A DNA stretch of 24,000 bases from Allosalinactinospora lopnorensis (GCF_000981225.1 NZ_LAJC01000012.1:1-24000); one strand, 5' to 3'; numbered from the stretch's first letter, positions 1-7,815 are shown. Notes: generated by a model not told the origin, from the sequence alone. Program-made: numbers and translations.

Positions 1-2
1 GA

Positions 3-1052
3 CACGCCCTGGAGGAGCTGCGCCGGCTCGCGCCGCGGCTCGGAACGGCGCAATGGCACCGCGACTGCTCGGCAGACGCGAGCACCGCCGCCTCCGGCTC
101 CGTCCAGCCGGTAACCGCGGAGCTGGCCGCGGCTCTGGACGATCACGTGTTCCTCTGCTTTACGCACACCCGCCGCGGAGCGGCCGCCATCACCATCGCG
201 GACGGCGCCGCCAGCGCTTACGACCTCGCGCCGGCCGCGGATATCGCGGACGCCGTGGCGAAACTGCTGCACGCGGCACGATCAGCGGCTCTCTTCCCCG
301 GCGCCCGGGGACGTGACACCGTGCGTCCGGGCGCGCTGGTGGAGCGGCTGCTCCTCGCCCCGGTGGCCGCCGCCTTGGGCACCCGCCCCCTGGTCATCGC
401 CCCTGCCCCCTACACACGGGACCTGCCATGGGGCATGCTGCCGGGGCTTCGCGGGAGGGCGGTCACCGTCGTCCCGTCCGGGCGGAGCTGGCTCGACTGC
501 CGGAACCGCGCTGCAGGACGCGGGCGCCGGGCACGGCGCGTGCTGCTCGCAGCGGGCCGGGAGCTGGCCGGCGCCGCGGCGGAGGTCGAGTCGCTGCGCC
601 CGCGCTATCCCGAAGCCACCGTGCTCACCGGCCCGGCGGCGCGGGTCCCAGACGTCCTGCGCGGACTCGGCCGGGCCGACGTCGCGCACCTCAGCGCGCA
701 CGGGTCGGCCCCCGCCGACACCCCCATGCTCTCGGGGATCTTCCTTGCCGATGGTCCCCTCTTCGCCTACGACCTCGAACGGTTACCGGAGTCTCCGGCC
801 CTGACCGTCCTGTCGTCGTGCTGGGTCGGGCGCTGCGCGCCTTCGCCGTCCGGGTTCCCGTTAGGGCTGAGCACGTCCCTTCTGGCTACGGGCGGGGTGA
901 CCGTCATCGCGGGTGTGCTTCCGGTCAGCGACGGCGAGACCACCCCGGGCATGCTCCGCCTGCACGACGCGCTGGCAGCGGATGTCCCCCCGGCCCGGGC
1001 GGTCGCGGACCATCTGGCCGATAGCGGTTTCGTCTGTTTCGGGGCCGGATGA
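3..1052 (+). CDS. CHAT-domain (caspase-like peptidase) protein, C-terminal part; the 5' end lies outside the window
   Basis: The frame is open from base 3 with no stop upstream of the tracked Met at 147, so the gene enters from the left edge. It has a His...Cys dyad context typical of CHAT/caspase folds: 'ADVAHLSAHG' then 'LTVLSSCWVG'. Third codon positions are GC-rich throughout. Stop codon ends at 1052. Confidence 0.75.
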   Translation, partial: HALEELRRLAPRLGTAQWHRDCSADASTAASGSVQPVTAELAAALDDHVFLCFTHTRRGAAAITIADGAASAYDLAPAADIADAVAKLLHAARSAALFPGARGRDTVRPGALVERLLLAPVAAALGTRPLVIAPAPYTRDLPWGMLPGLRGRAVTVVPSGRSWLDCRNRAAGRGRRARRVLLAAGRELAGAAAEVESLRPRYPEATVLTGPAARVPDVLRGLGRADVAHLSAHGSAPADTPMLSGIFLADGPLFAYDLERLPESPALTVLSSCWVGRCAPSPSGFPLGLSTSLLATGGVTVIAGVLPVSDGETTPGMLRLHDALAADVPPARAVADHLADSGFVCFGAG

Positions 1053-1124
1053 CCGTCCGCGCCGGACGGAGGCGTTCCGGTGTCCCGTTCCCACAGCTCC
1101 CGCCGCTGCCGATAGCGTTCAGGT

Positions 1125-1568
1125 ATGAGCGACGACGTCACGCCCCCGTCCGGCGCCGCGGAGGCGAGCGGCCCGAGCGAACCGCGCATCTTCACCCTCG
1201 CCGAGGCCCGCGCCCTGATCCCCGAGGTGCGCGAGCGTGTCTCGGAGCTCGTGACGCTCAGGGCGGACTTCGCCGAGCTCGCCGCCGACCTGGATCCGCA
1301 GCGAGGGGGCGGGGAGTCGGCTCTGGGCGGCCGGGCGGAGCTGAAAGCGATGGAGGCGCGCGTCAGCGAGCTCCAGGCGTGGTTCCCGGAGCAGGGGATC
1401 GAGGTGAAGGGCCTGGCACCGGTCCTTATCGACTTCCCCGCCCTGCTCGACGGCATCTCGGTACGGCTGTGCTGGCTTGAAGGCGAATTCGAGCTCGCCT
1501 GGTACCACCGCAGCGACCTCGGCTTCATCGCACGCCGTCCCCTGCCGCCCACGACGACCGAGGGCTGA
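1125..1568 (+). CDS. DUF2203-family protein (function unknown)
   Basis: 147-aa ORF. The N-terminal 'RIFTLAEARALIPEVRERV', a central coiled-coil-like segment and the C-terminal 'LIDFPALLDG..VRLCWLEGE..LAWYH....GFIARRPL' match my memory of the DUF2203 pattern. Coding-like codon usage. Confidence 0.7.
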   Translation: MSDDVTPPSGAAEASGPSEPRIFTLAEARALIPEVRERVSELVTLRADFAELAADLDPQRGGGESALGGRAELKAMEARVSELQAWFPEQGIEVKGLAPVLIDFPALLDGISVRLCWLEGEFELAWYHRSDLGFIARRPLPPTTTEG

Positions 1569-1589
1569 TCGAAGTTCTAGCGGCGCAGA

Positions 1590-1610
1590 CCCCCGGCTTC
1601 AGCCGTGGGG
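1590..1610 (+). repeat. Left-end (LE) subterminal imperfect hairpin of the IS200/IS605 element
   Basis: CCCCCGGC-TTCA-GCCGTGGGG: the stem has a GT bulge, as is typical of TnpA-recognised hairpins. Its 18-mer core is repeated at 3333-3350 (17/18 identical). Confidence 0.7.
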
Positions 1611-1668
1611 TTAGCCGCTTCTTTCGAAAGCATGAGCGATAGATATCTGTCTGCAGTATACTGCCAAG

Positions 1669-2067
1669 GTGGCTGTGACGTTGAGGTCGAACGGCAACGT
1701 CGTGTTCCAGTGCGCCTTCCACGTGGTGTGGTGTCCCAAGTACCGGCGCCGTGTGCTGGGTGGCCGGATCGAGGCGCGGCTGAAAGAGATCATCCGTGAG
1801 GTGGTCGCCGAGAAGGGGGCTTGGCTGGTGGAGATGGAGGTCATGGCCGACCACGTGCACCTGCTCGTGGAGGTCGACCCCCGGTTCGGCGCGCACCGGC
1901 TCGTCAAGGCCATCAAGGGGCGTTCCTCCCGCATCTTGCGCCAGGAGTTTCCGACCCTGAAGTCGCGCCTGCCCACGCTGTGGACCAACAGCTACTTCGT
2001 GGCCACGGTGGGCGGTGCCCCGCTGGAGCAGATCAAGGCCTACGTCGAGGACCAGAAGAACCGCTGA
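1669..2067 (+). CDS. tnpA: IS200/IS605-family Y1 (HUH) transposase TnpA
   Basis: 132 aa. It has 'FHVVWCPKYRRRVL', the HUH motif 'DHVHLLV' and the catalytic Tyr context 'WTNSYFVATVGG'. The start is ambiguous: GTG at 1669, or in-frame TTG at 1681 behind AAGGTGG. Confidence 0.95.
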   Translation: MAVTLRSNGNVVFQCAFHVVWCPKYRRRVLGGRIEARLKEIIREVVAEKGAWLVEMEVMADHVHLLVEVDPRFGAHRLVKAIKGRSSRILRQEFPTLKSRLPTLWTNSYFVATVGGAPLEQIKAYVEDQKNR

Positions 2068-2085
2068 TGAGGAGGGAGGTGTTCC

Positions 2086-3344
2086 ATGCTGTCGGGCCGC
2101 AGGTACCGGCTGAAGCTCACTGAGGAGCAGGCCGCGCTGTGTTCTGAGTTCGGGGCGGTCTGCCGCGCGGTGTGGAACACCGCCCTGGACCAGCGCCGAC
2201 AAGCCGTGGCCCGCTGGCAGCGCGGCTTCGACACCCCGTTTTGCGGCTACCACCTCCAGGCCGCCCAGCTCGCCGAGGCCAAACGCGAGGAGGACTGGCT
2301 GCGCGCCGCCCCCTCGCACGTGCTCCAGCAGAGCCTGCTGGACCTGGACCGGGCGTGCCAGGAACGGGGGACGTTCACCGTGGGTTGGCGGGCCAAACAC
2401 CGCTGGAACCCCTCGTTTCGGTTCCCGGTCGGCAACCTCATCACCGTGGAGAAGATCAACCGCCGGTGGGGCCGGGCCAAGCTGCCCAAGTTGGGCTGGG
2501 TGGTCTTGCGCCGCACCCGCCCGCTGGGCGGCACGGTCCGCTCGGCCACGGTGTCCTACAAGGCCGGGCACTGGTGGATCTCCTTCCTTGTCGAGGACGG
2601 TCTGCTCACCCCCGAGCACCATCTCGGCGATCCGGTCGGGGTGGATCGGGGAGTGGTCGTGGCCGCCACCACGTCCACGGGCGAGTTTCACAACCGGAAG
2701 TTCGCCACTGTCGGTGAGAAGGCGCGACACCGCCGGTTGCAGCAGAAGCTGTCCCGGCAGAAGAAGGGCAGCGCGAACCGCCGCAAGACCCTGAAGTCGA
2801 TGGGTCGGATCTCCAGCCGCGCGGTCGACCGCCGCGGCGACTTCTGCTCCCAGACCGCGCGCCACCTGGCGGACAAGCATTCGGTGGTCGTACTGGAGGA
2901 CCTGCGCACCGCCGACATGACGTCCTCCGCCCGGGGCAGCGTGGCCGAGCCCGGGGCGCGTGTGCCTCAGAAGGCCGGGTTGAACCGGGCCATCCTCGAC
3001 AAGGGATGGCACCGACTGGAACTTGCCCTCACCAACGCGGCCCGCACCACCGGGACGCAGATCGTCAAGGTCAACCCCGCCAACACGTCCCAGACCTCTT
3101 TGAGTGCCAGTATCTGGACCCGGCATCGCGTGAGAGCCAAGCGCGGTTCCGGTGCACCCGGTGCGCCCACGCAGATCACGCGGACGTCAACGCGGCCAAG
3201 AACATCCTTCGCGCCGCAGGGCATGCGGTGCCGGCCTGTGGAGACCTCGCCGTTGGGCGGTCTGTGAAGCAGGAACCAGTGGGAACCCGCGAGGAAGTAC
3301 CACTCCAGCCAGAACTCCCTCCGGTTGGAATCCCCCGGCTTTAG
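2086..3344 (+). pseudogene. tnpB: TnpB (IS605 OrfB-type RNA-guided endonuclease) with a 1-nt frameshift near 3097-3099
   Basis: The RBS GGAGGGAGG precedes ATG 2086. Frame 1 carries RuvC-I 'GVDRGV', RuvC-II 'VVLEDL' and 'VNPANTSQT', then turns to nonsense and stops at 3267. The rest of the protein, 'FECQYLDPASRESQARFRCTRCAHADHADVNAAKNILRAAGHAV', is in the -1 frame and ends at TAG 3342-3344. Restoring one base (ACC T[G]C TTT) gives TSQTCFEC and a complete CxxC...CxxC zinc finger. Confidence 0.9.
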
Positions 3345-3380
3345 CCGTGGAGAAGGAAGTCAATCCCGACGCGTTCGGCC
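3200..3380 (+). ncRNA. Predicted TnpB omega-RNA (reRNA) scaffold plus a ~16-nt guide; extent is a guess
   Basis: Called by position only. In characterised TnpB elements the omega-RNA covers the 3' end of tnpB plus the RE and reads into the flank. The RE hairpin is at 3332-3350. I derived no covariation or structure model. Confidence 0.3.
3332..3350 (+). repeat. Right-end (RE) subterminal hairpin of the IS200/IS605 element
   Basis: CCCCCGGC-TTTA-GCCGTGG, a homologue of the LE hairpin. The restored tnpB stop codon (TAG 3342-3344) lies in its loop/3' arm. TCAA at 3360-3363 lies ~10 nt 3' of the hairpin foot. Confidence 0.65.
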
Positions 3381-3435
3381 CGATCCGGGACGGCCGCCCT
3401 CGAATACGACACCCCGTCCCGGTTAGCGGCCGGGT

Positions 3436-3870
3436 ATGGACGAGAAGTACACCGAGAACAGCGAAGACCCCATCAACGACGAGGCCGTCGACTGGGAGGA
3501 AGCAGGGCTGCCCGCCCAGGAGGACAGCACGGAGGACCAGCCGCTGCCCAGCGACCGGCCCTCCGCGATGGGCGAGCACGGCAGCGGCGGTACCGAGAAG
3601 GAGGCCGGGGAATCACTGGACACCGCCCTGTCGCGGAACCGCCCCGACACCCCGGAGGCAACGGGCAGTGCCGCGCCCACCGGCACCGGGCGGCACGGGC
3701 CGCCGGCCGACGAACAGGTCGCGGGAACCCGCCTGGTCGAGGAGGACGAGGGGATCCGCGAGGACGAGGAGAAGGCGCTGACCGCCGAGGACGTCGGCGA
3801 GGACCGCGGCGCCTACAGCCCCGAGGAGCAGGCGGTGCGCACGGAGGAAGAGGGACCGGGCACGGTTTGA
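3436..3870 (+). CDS. Acidic low-complexity protein, DUF5709-like (function unknown)
   Basis: 144-aa ORF, strongly acidic. The C-terminal block 'RLVEEDEGIREDEEKALTAEDVGEDRGAYSPEEQAV' resembles the conserved actinobacterial DUF5709 segment as I remember it. GC3-rich codons. Confidence 0.6.
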   Translation: MDEKYTENSEDPINDEAVDWEEAGLPAQEDSTEDQPLPSDRPSAMGEHGSGGTEKEAGESLDTALSRNRPDTPEATGSAAPTGTGRHGPPADEQVAGTRLVEEDEGIREDEEKALTAEDVGEDRGAYSPEEQAVRTEEEGPGTV

Positions 3871-3925
3871 GGGGGCAGTGCGCCCCGGACCGCCCCGGCC
3901 GCTCCGCAACCGCGGGGAACCAGGC

Positions 3926-4588
3926 TCACCAACCGCGGGCGCGCCACTCGGGAAGCTGCGGGCGCTCGGCCCCAAGCGTGGTGTCGCGGCCGTGTCCGGG
4001 GTAAACCCAGGTGTCGTCGCCCATCTGGGCGAAGATCCGCTCTTCGACGTCGCCCAGCAGGGAGCGGAAGTCCACCTCCCCGCCGGTCTTTCCGACCCCT
4101 CCGGGAAACAGGCTGTCCCCGGTGAACAGGTGCGTGTGGCCGGACGGGTCGTCGTAGCGCAGCGCGATCGATCCGGGCGTGTGCCCGCGCAGGTGGATGA
4201 CCTCGAGTTCGCATTCGCCGACCGGGACCCGGGCTCCGTGCTCGACCGGGTCGTCCACGGAAACGGGAAGCTCCTCGGCGTCGATCGGGTGCGCAACGGT
4301 GCGGGCCCCTGTCGTCCCGACCACCTCAGCGAGTGCCTGCCAGTGGTCCTGGTGCCGATGGGTGGTGATCACCCGGGACAGACCGGTGGGGCCGACGAGC
4401 TCCAGGATCCGGTCCGCCTCGTTCGCGGCGTCGATCAGCACCGCCTCGCCGCTGGTGGTGCAGCGCAGCAGGTAGGTGTTGTTGTCCATCGGGCCCACAG
4501 CGAGCTTGCTGATGGTCAGCTCGGACAGTTCGCGTACGTCGGCGGGTCCCCCGACCCGCATATCTCCGGAATAAGTCACGTCCCCCAT
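3926..4588 (-). CDS. MBL-fold metallo-hydrolase (glyoxalase II-like)
   Basis: 220 aa. It has the metal-binding motif 'THRHQDH', later 'HLRGHTPGS' and 'FTGDSLFPGGVG', and ends 'PEWRARGW'. The start could be a few codons downstream. Confidence 0.9.
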   Translation of the reverse strand: MGDVTYSGDMRVGGPADVRELSELTISKLAVGPMDNNTYLLRCTTSGEAVLIDAANEADRILELVGPTGLSRVITTHRHQDHWQALAEVVGTTGARTVAHPIDAEELPVSVDDPVEHGARVPVGECELEVIHLRGHTPGSIALRYDDPSGHTHLFTGDSLFPGGVGKTGGEVDFRSLLGDVEERIFAQMGDDTWVYPGHGRDTTLGAERPQLPEWRARGW

Positions 4589-4652
4589 TGTGGCGTCACG
4601 AGGTGCCGCGCGCTATTCCGCCCTTCTTCCCGGTCTCAGCCGGCCTGCGAAC

Positions 4653-5435
4653 TCACAGAGTCCAGCGGGGCGGACGCTTCTCGAAGAAAGCCGCCCGCCC
4701 CTCAGCGGCGTCCTCGCTGTCGAAGAATTCCTTGGAAAGCGCTCCCATCTCGGTGAAGGCCTCCGCGCGCCCGGCGGCGCCGGCGGCACCGAGCAGAGTC
4801 TTGGTGCGAGCCAGCGCACGCGGCGCGCCCCGCCGCAGGCTCTCCAGGATCCGCTCGCTCACAACGGGAAGCTCCTCAGCGGGAACCGCACAGGTCAGCA
4901 GGCCGGCTTCGGCGGCAGCCGCGGCATCGAAGGCCTCGCCGGTAAGGAAATACCGGCTGAGGTGGCGATCGTGCATCCGGGCCATGACCGGAACCGAGAT
5001 GATCGCCGGTACCACGCCGATGCGCACCTCGGTGAACGCGAACGTCGCACTGTCCGGCGCGATGGCGATGTCGGCCGCGGCGACCAGGCCGATCCCGCCC
5101 GCGCGCGCTGGGCCGTTCAGCCGAGCGACGACCGGCTTGGGCGCCTCCATGATCGCCGAGAACAGCTCCGGCATGCCGGGCGCATCGGGGAGCGCCTGTC
5201 CGGCCCGTTCCGCGGCCACCTCCTTCAGATCCGCTCCCGCGCAGAAGGCGGGGCCGATCGCGGTGAGCACGACCGCTCGGACATCGTCGTCGGCCGCGGC
5301 CACGGCCAGTCCTTCGGCGAGTTCGGTACGCAGCCGCGCCGACAGAGCGTTCCGGTTGTCCGGGGAGTCCAGGGTGAGGGTGGCGATGCCGCGCTCGACG
5401 CTCCGGCGTACCAACTGGTTCGCGGCTTCGGTCAT
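4653..5435 (-). CDS. Enoyl-CoA hydratase/isomerase (crotonase) family protein
   Basis: Crotonase signatures: 'LTLDSPDNRNALS', 'FCAGADLKE', 'ARLNGPARAGGIGLVAAADIAIA', and the C-terminal 'FFEKRPPRW'. I chose Met 'MTEAANQLV' (ATG at 5435). The tracked 299-aa form has an Arg/Cys-rich extension that looks non-coding. Confidence 0.9.
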   Translation of the reverse strand: MTEAANQLVRRSVERGIATLTLDSPDNRNALSARLRTELAEGLAVAAADDDVRAVVLTAIGPAFCAGADLKEVAAERAGQALPDAPGMPELFSAIMEAPKPVVARLNGPARAGGIGLVAAADIAIAPDSATFAFTEVRIGVVPAIISVPVMARMHDRHLSRYFLTGEAFDAAAAAEAGLLTCAVPAEELPVVSERILESLRRGAPRALARTKTLLGAAGAAGRAEAFTEMGALSKEFFDSEDAAEGRAAFFEKRPPRWTL

Positions 5436-5502
5436 TTCGGGCCGCCCTTTCCGTTCTCGGTGCCGACTGTCGTTGCGGTGCCCTTTCCGCCGGGCCGCGG
5501 GG

Positions 5503-5973
5503 TCACCCGCGCCGTTCTCGTTCCCGCAGCACCCGCAGCGCGCCGTCGGCATGGGCCCGGAAGCGCACTTCGCTGCTGATCCGGTGCAGTACCCGCATGT
5601 CGGAGCCGATCACGAACGTTTGGCGCCGAGTCGGGGCCAGGCCCGCCAGCAGGCCACCGCGGCGCACACCGAACTGCTCGGCTACGGTGCCGTCGGGGTC
5701 GGAGAGCAGAAGGTAGTCGAGGCCGTGGGCCCCGGCGAAGGCGCGCTGCCGCTCCACCGGGTCGGCGCTGATCCCGACCGGCTGTGCGCCGAGCTCGCCG
5801 AACTCCGCGCTGAGATCGCGGAAATGGCAGCTCTCGGCCGTACATCCGGGGGTCATAGCGGCCGGGTAGAAGAACAGCACCACGGGTCCGGTAGTGAGCA
5901 GAGCACTGAGTCGCCGCGGGGTGCCGTGCTGGTCGGTGAGCTCGAAGTCGGGGGCGTGCTCTCCAGCGTTCAT
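5503..5973 (-). CDS. bcp: Peroxiredoxin, Bcp/AhpC-TSA family
   Basis: 'APDFELTDQHG....VVLFFYPAAMTPGCTAESCHFRD' carries the peroxidatic Cys in the PxxxTxxC context. ATG at 5973; an alternative GTG at 5985 overlaps the upstream stop by 1 nt. Confidence 0.9.
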   Translation of the reverse strand: MNAGEHAPDFELTDQHGTPRRLSALLTTGPVVLFFYPAAMTPGCTAESCHFRDLSAEFGELGAQPVGISADPVERQRAFAGAHGLDYLLLSDPDGTVAEQFGVRRGGLLAGLAPTRRQTFVIGSDMRVLHRISSEVRFRAHADGALRVLRERERRG

Positions 5974-5984
5974 AAGCCCCAACA

Positions 5985-7121
5985 CTAGGCCACGGTACTG
6001 AAGCGCAGTAGGGGCACCCGCAGCTCCCCAGGAGTGAGCGAGCCGTGCTGACCGACGAGCGAACTCTCCGTGGGTTCGGCGTTCGGGGCGATGAGCGCGG
6101 TGTCGCCGCGGGCCAGCGCGAGGACATCGCCGATGCGCGGCCGGAGGGCGTCGTCGACCGCGCCGAACAGCCCCGCGGCGATCGCCTCCTCGCGGCTGAC
6201 GATCTCGGCGCGGCCGGCCAGCCGCTCCCGCCAGGCGGCGAGGACGTCGTCGGCCGCGCCGTCCCGCACGTGCACCTGGCGGACCCTGGCCTCACCCGCG
6301 AGGAGCCGCACGCCCGAGCTGAGGGCCGGATCCGACTCGACGTCCACGCGGCTCGCCGATGTGCTGTCGACCATGCCGTGGTCGGCGGTGATGTAGAGCG
6401 CGGCGTCCGACGGCAGCTGACCGGCGATCTGCTCGGCGAGCCGGTCGACGTGGCCCAGGTGCAGTCGCCAGTACGCCGAATCCACACCGAACATGTGGCC
6501 GTAGGTGTCGAGGTCGGAATGGTAGGCGAAGACCAGCGACCGGTCCCCGGCGGTAAGCGAGCTCGCGGCCTTGACCGCGAGCTCGGTGATGTCGTTGGCC
6601 GCGACGTACCGGCTCCCCCGTGCCGAGGCCCGGCTCAGCCCGCTGCCCTCGTAGCCGCCGAACGCGACGTAGGCCGCGGTCACACCCGCCTGCTCCGCGC
6701 GCTGGTAAGCGGTGCCGCAGGGCTGCCAGGTCTCGGGGTCGATCTCGGGATCCCAGCGGAGCTGATTCATGATGCGGTCGCTGCCCGGAACAGCGACCTG
6801 GTAGCCAACGATCCCGTGGTGCCCGGGAGGCAGGCCGGTACCGATCGTTGTGAGGCTGGTGGCCGTGGTCGTCGGGAAACCGGCGGTTATGGGCTCGGCG
6901 GCGTCGGCCAGTGAGGAGAGGAACGGCGCGTAGGAGCGGTGGGCGCTCAGCAGGTCCCAGCCCATGCCGTCGATCAGCAGCACGCAGGCGCGGCGTACCG
7001 GCGGCAGGTTCAGCGCCGCGGTCTCCCCCGGCACCCCGAGCGACGCCAGCACCGATGGGATCAGGTCGGCGAGAGACCCCGCACCGTAGCGGGGAGCGGC
7101 GAAAGCGGCATCTGCGAACAC
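5985..7121 (-). CDS. Alkaline phosphatase / type I phosphodiesterase-nucleotide pyrophosphatase family protein
   Basis: 378 aa. It has 'LLIDGMGWDLL', 'FPTTTATSLTTIGTG..PG.HGIVGY' (nucleophile Thr context) and 'ITADHGM'. GTG start preceded by AAAAAGGGGAA. Confidence 0.9.
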   Translation of the reverse strand: MFADAAFAAPRYGAGSLADLIPSVLASLGVPGETAALNLPPVRRACVLLIDGMGWDLLSAHRSYAPFLSSLADAAEPITAGFPTTTATSLTTIGTGLPPGHHGIVGYQVAVPGSDRIMNQLRWDPEIDPETWQPCGTAYQRAEQAGVTAAYVAFGGYEGSGLSRASARGSRYVAANDITELAVKAASSLTAGDRSLVFAYHSDLDTYGHMFGVDSAYWRLHLGHVDRLAEQIAGQLPSDAALYITADHGMVDSTSASRVDVESDPALSSGVRLLAGEARVRQVHVRDGAADDVLAAWRERLAGRAEIVSREEAIAAGLFGAVDDALRPRIGDVLALARGDTALIAPNAEPTESSLVGQHGSLTPGELRVPLLRFSTVA

Positions 7122-7150
7122 GGCCCGGTTCCCCTTTTTCCGCTCCGGTC

Positions 7151-7744
7151 TCAGCGGGCGGTGGCCTCGGAGAGGACGTTGGCGAAGTTGATCATGTTGG
7201 CCACGGCGTCGGTTCCGTCAGCGGTCTGGCTCACCCGCAGGGTCAGCGGCTCGGACGTGATCGCTCCGGTGTAGCCGTGGTCGAGTTCACAGCTTTCGTC
7301 GGCGCAGGAGGCGGGTTCGAGGTCGATATGGGCAAGGGCCCCCCAGTTCACCGCGAGGCTGACGCTCAGCACGACTTCGCTGGGCAGTGTGCCGGGTACG
7401 TAGTTCGCCGGATCGGAGACCACGCGTGTCAGGGCGACGGACTGGATGTTGCCGATCTGGATGCTGTCGGTTGTGGTCGAGGCGTGCGGACGGGCCCCGC
7501 CCTCGTTGGGCGGGTGTTCGTCTGTGTGGCAGACGATCAGCCGCTTCGGAGTGAGCAGCAGGACGGTGATGTGCCGCCGCATCTCCATTGCGGGGTCGAA
7601 GGTGGCTTCGTGATGGACGACGAAGGCGTCGGCCGTCTCGTTGCCGAGAGCTGTGGCGACGGCGTCGATCACAAGGCCGGGGTAGTACCCGTTCCGCTCG
7701 ATCTCCAAGCGCCAGTCGGTGGACACGGCACGCGTTTTCCTCAT
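7151..7744 (-). CDS. DUF5998-family protein (conserved partner of the adjacent phosphodiesterase)
   Basis: Start chosen at 'MRKTRAVSTDWRLEIERNGYYPG' (ATG 7744), where composition switches from Arg/Trp/Pro-rich junk to normal protein. The family assignment comes from remembered actinobacterial synteny and sequence. Confidence 0.75.
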   Translation of the reverse strand: MRKTRAVSTDWRLEIERNGYYPGLVIDAVATALGNETADAFVVHHEATFDPAMEMRRHITVLLLTPKRLIVCHTDEHPPNEGGARPHASTTTDSIQIGNIQSVALTRVVSDPANYVPGTLPSEVVLSVSLAVNWGALAHIDLEPASCADESCELDHGYTGAITSEPLTLRVSQTADGTDAVANMINFANVLSEATAR

Positions 7745-7815
7745 ACCCCCATCCTGCCTTCTCTCGATAACGGATCGCACCCGTGGCAACGGTCTGCCTT
7801 CGAAAGCGCCGGCCG

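Larger units (their letters stand above)
1570..3363 (+). mobile_element. IS200/IS605-family insertion sequence (IS605-type: tnpA + tnpB); boundaries approximate (+/- ~20 nt)
   Basis: Carries a Y1 HUH transposase gene plus a TnpB gene. It is flanked by near-identical 18-mers, CCCCGGCTTCAGCCGTGG (1591-1608) and CCCCGGCTTTAGCCGTGG (3333-3350), and each folds into an imperfect hairpin. GC content is visibly lower than the flanks. It sits in an intergenic gap right after the DUF2203 stop codon. Confidence 0.8.

Noticed and set aside
53-1552. Several overlapping ORFs (53-316 +, 313-804 +, 428-1024 +, 282-701 -, 767-1552 -) within the CHAT/DUF2203 region.
   Set aside because: They are off-frame or antisense, Arg/Pro/Gly-rich and without motifs. 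The CHAT frame and the DUF2203 frame explain the region.
3091-3105. Programmed -1 ribosomal frameshift as the explanation for the tnpB frame change.
   Set aside because: There is no X XXY YYZ slippery heptamer at CAG ACC TCT TTG. A slip would also still lack the first Cys of the CxxC pair, whereas a one-base insertion restores it exactly. A deletion or indel error is more parsimonious.
1525-3126. 533-aa minus-strand ORF antisense to tnpA/tnpB.
   Set aside because: Its composition is Gly/Arg/Pro/Leu-rich. It lies exactly opposite two genes with unmistakable transposase motifs. It is a typical GC-driven shadow ORF.
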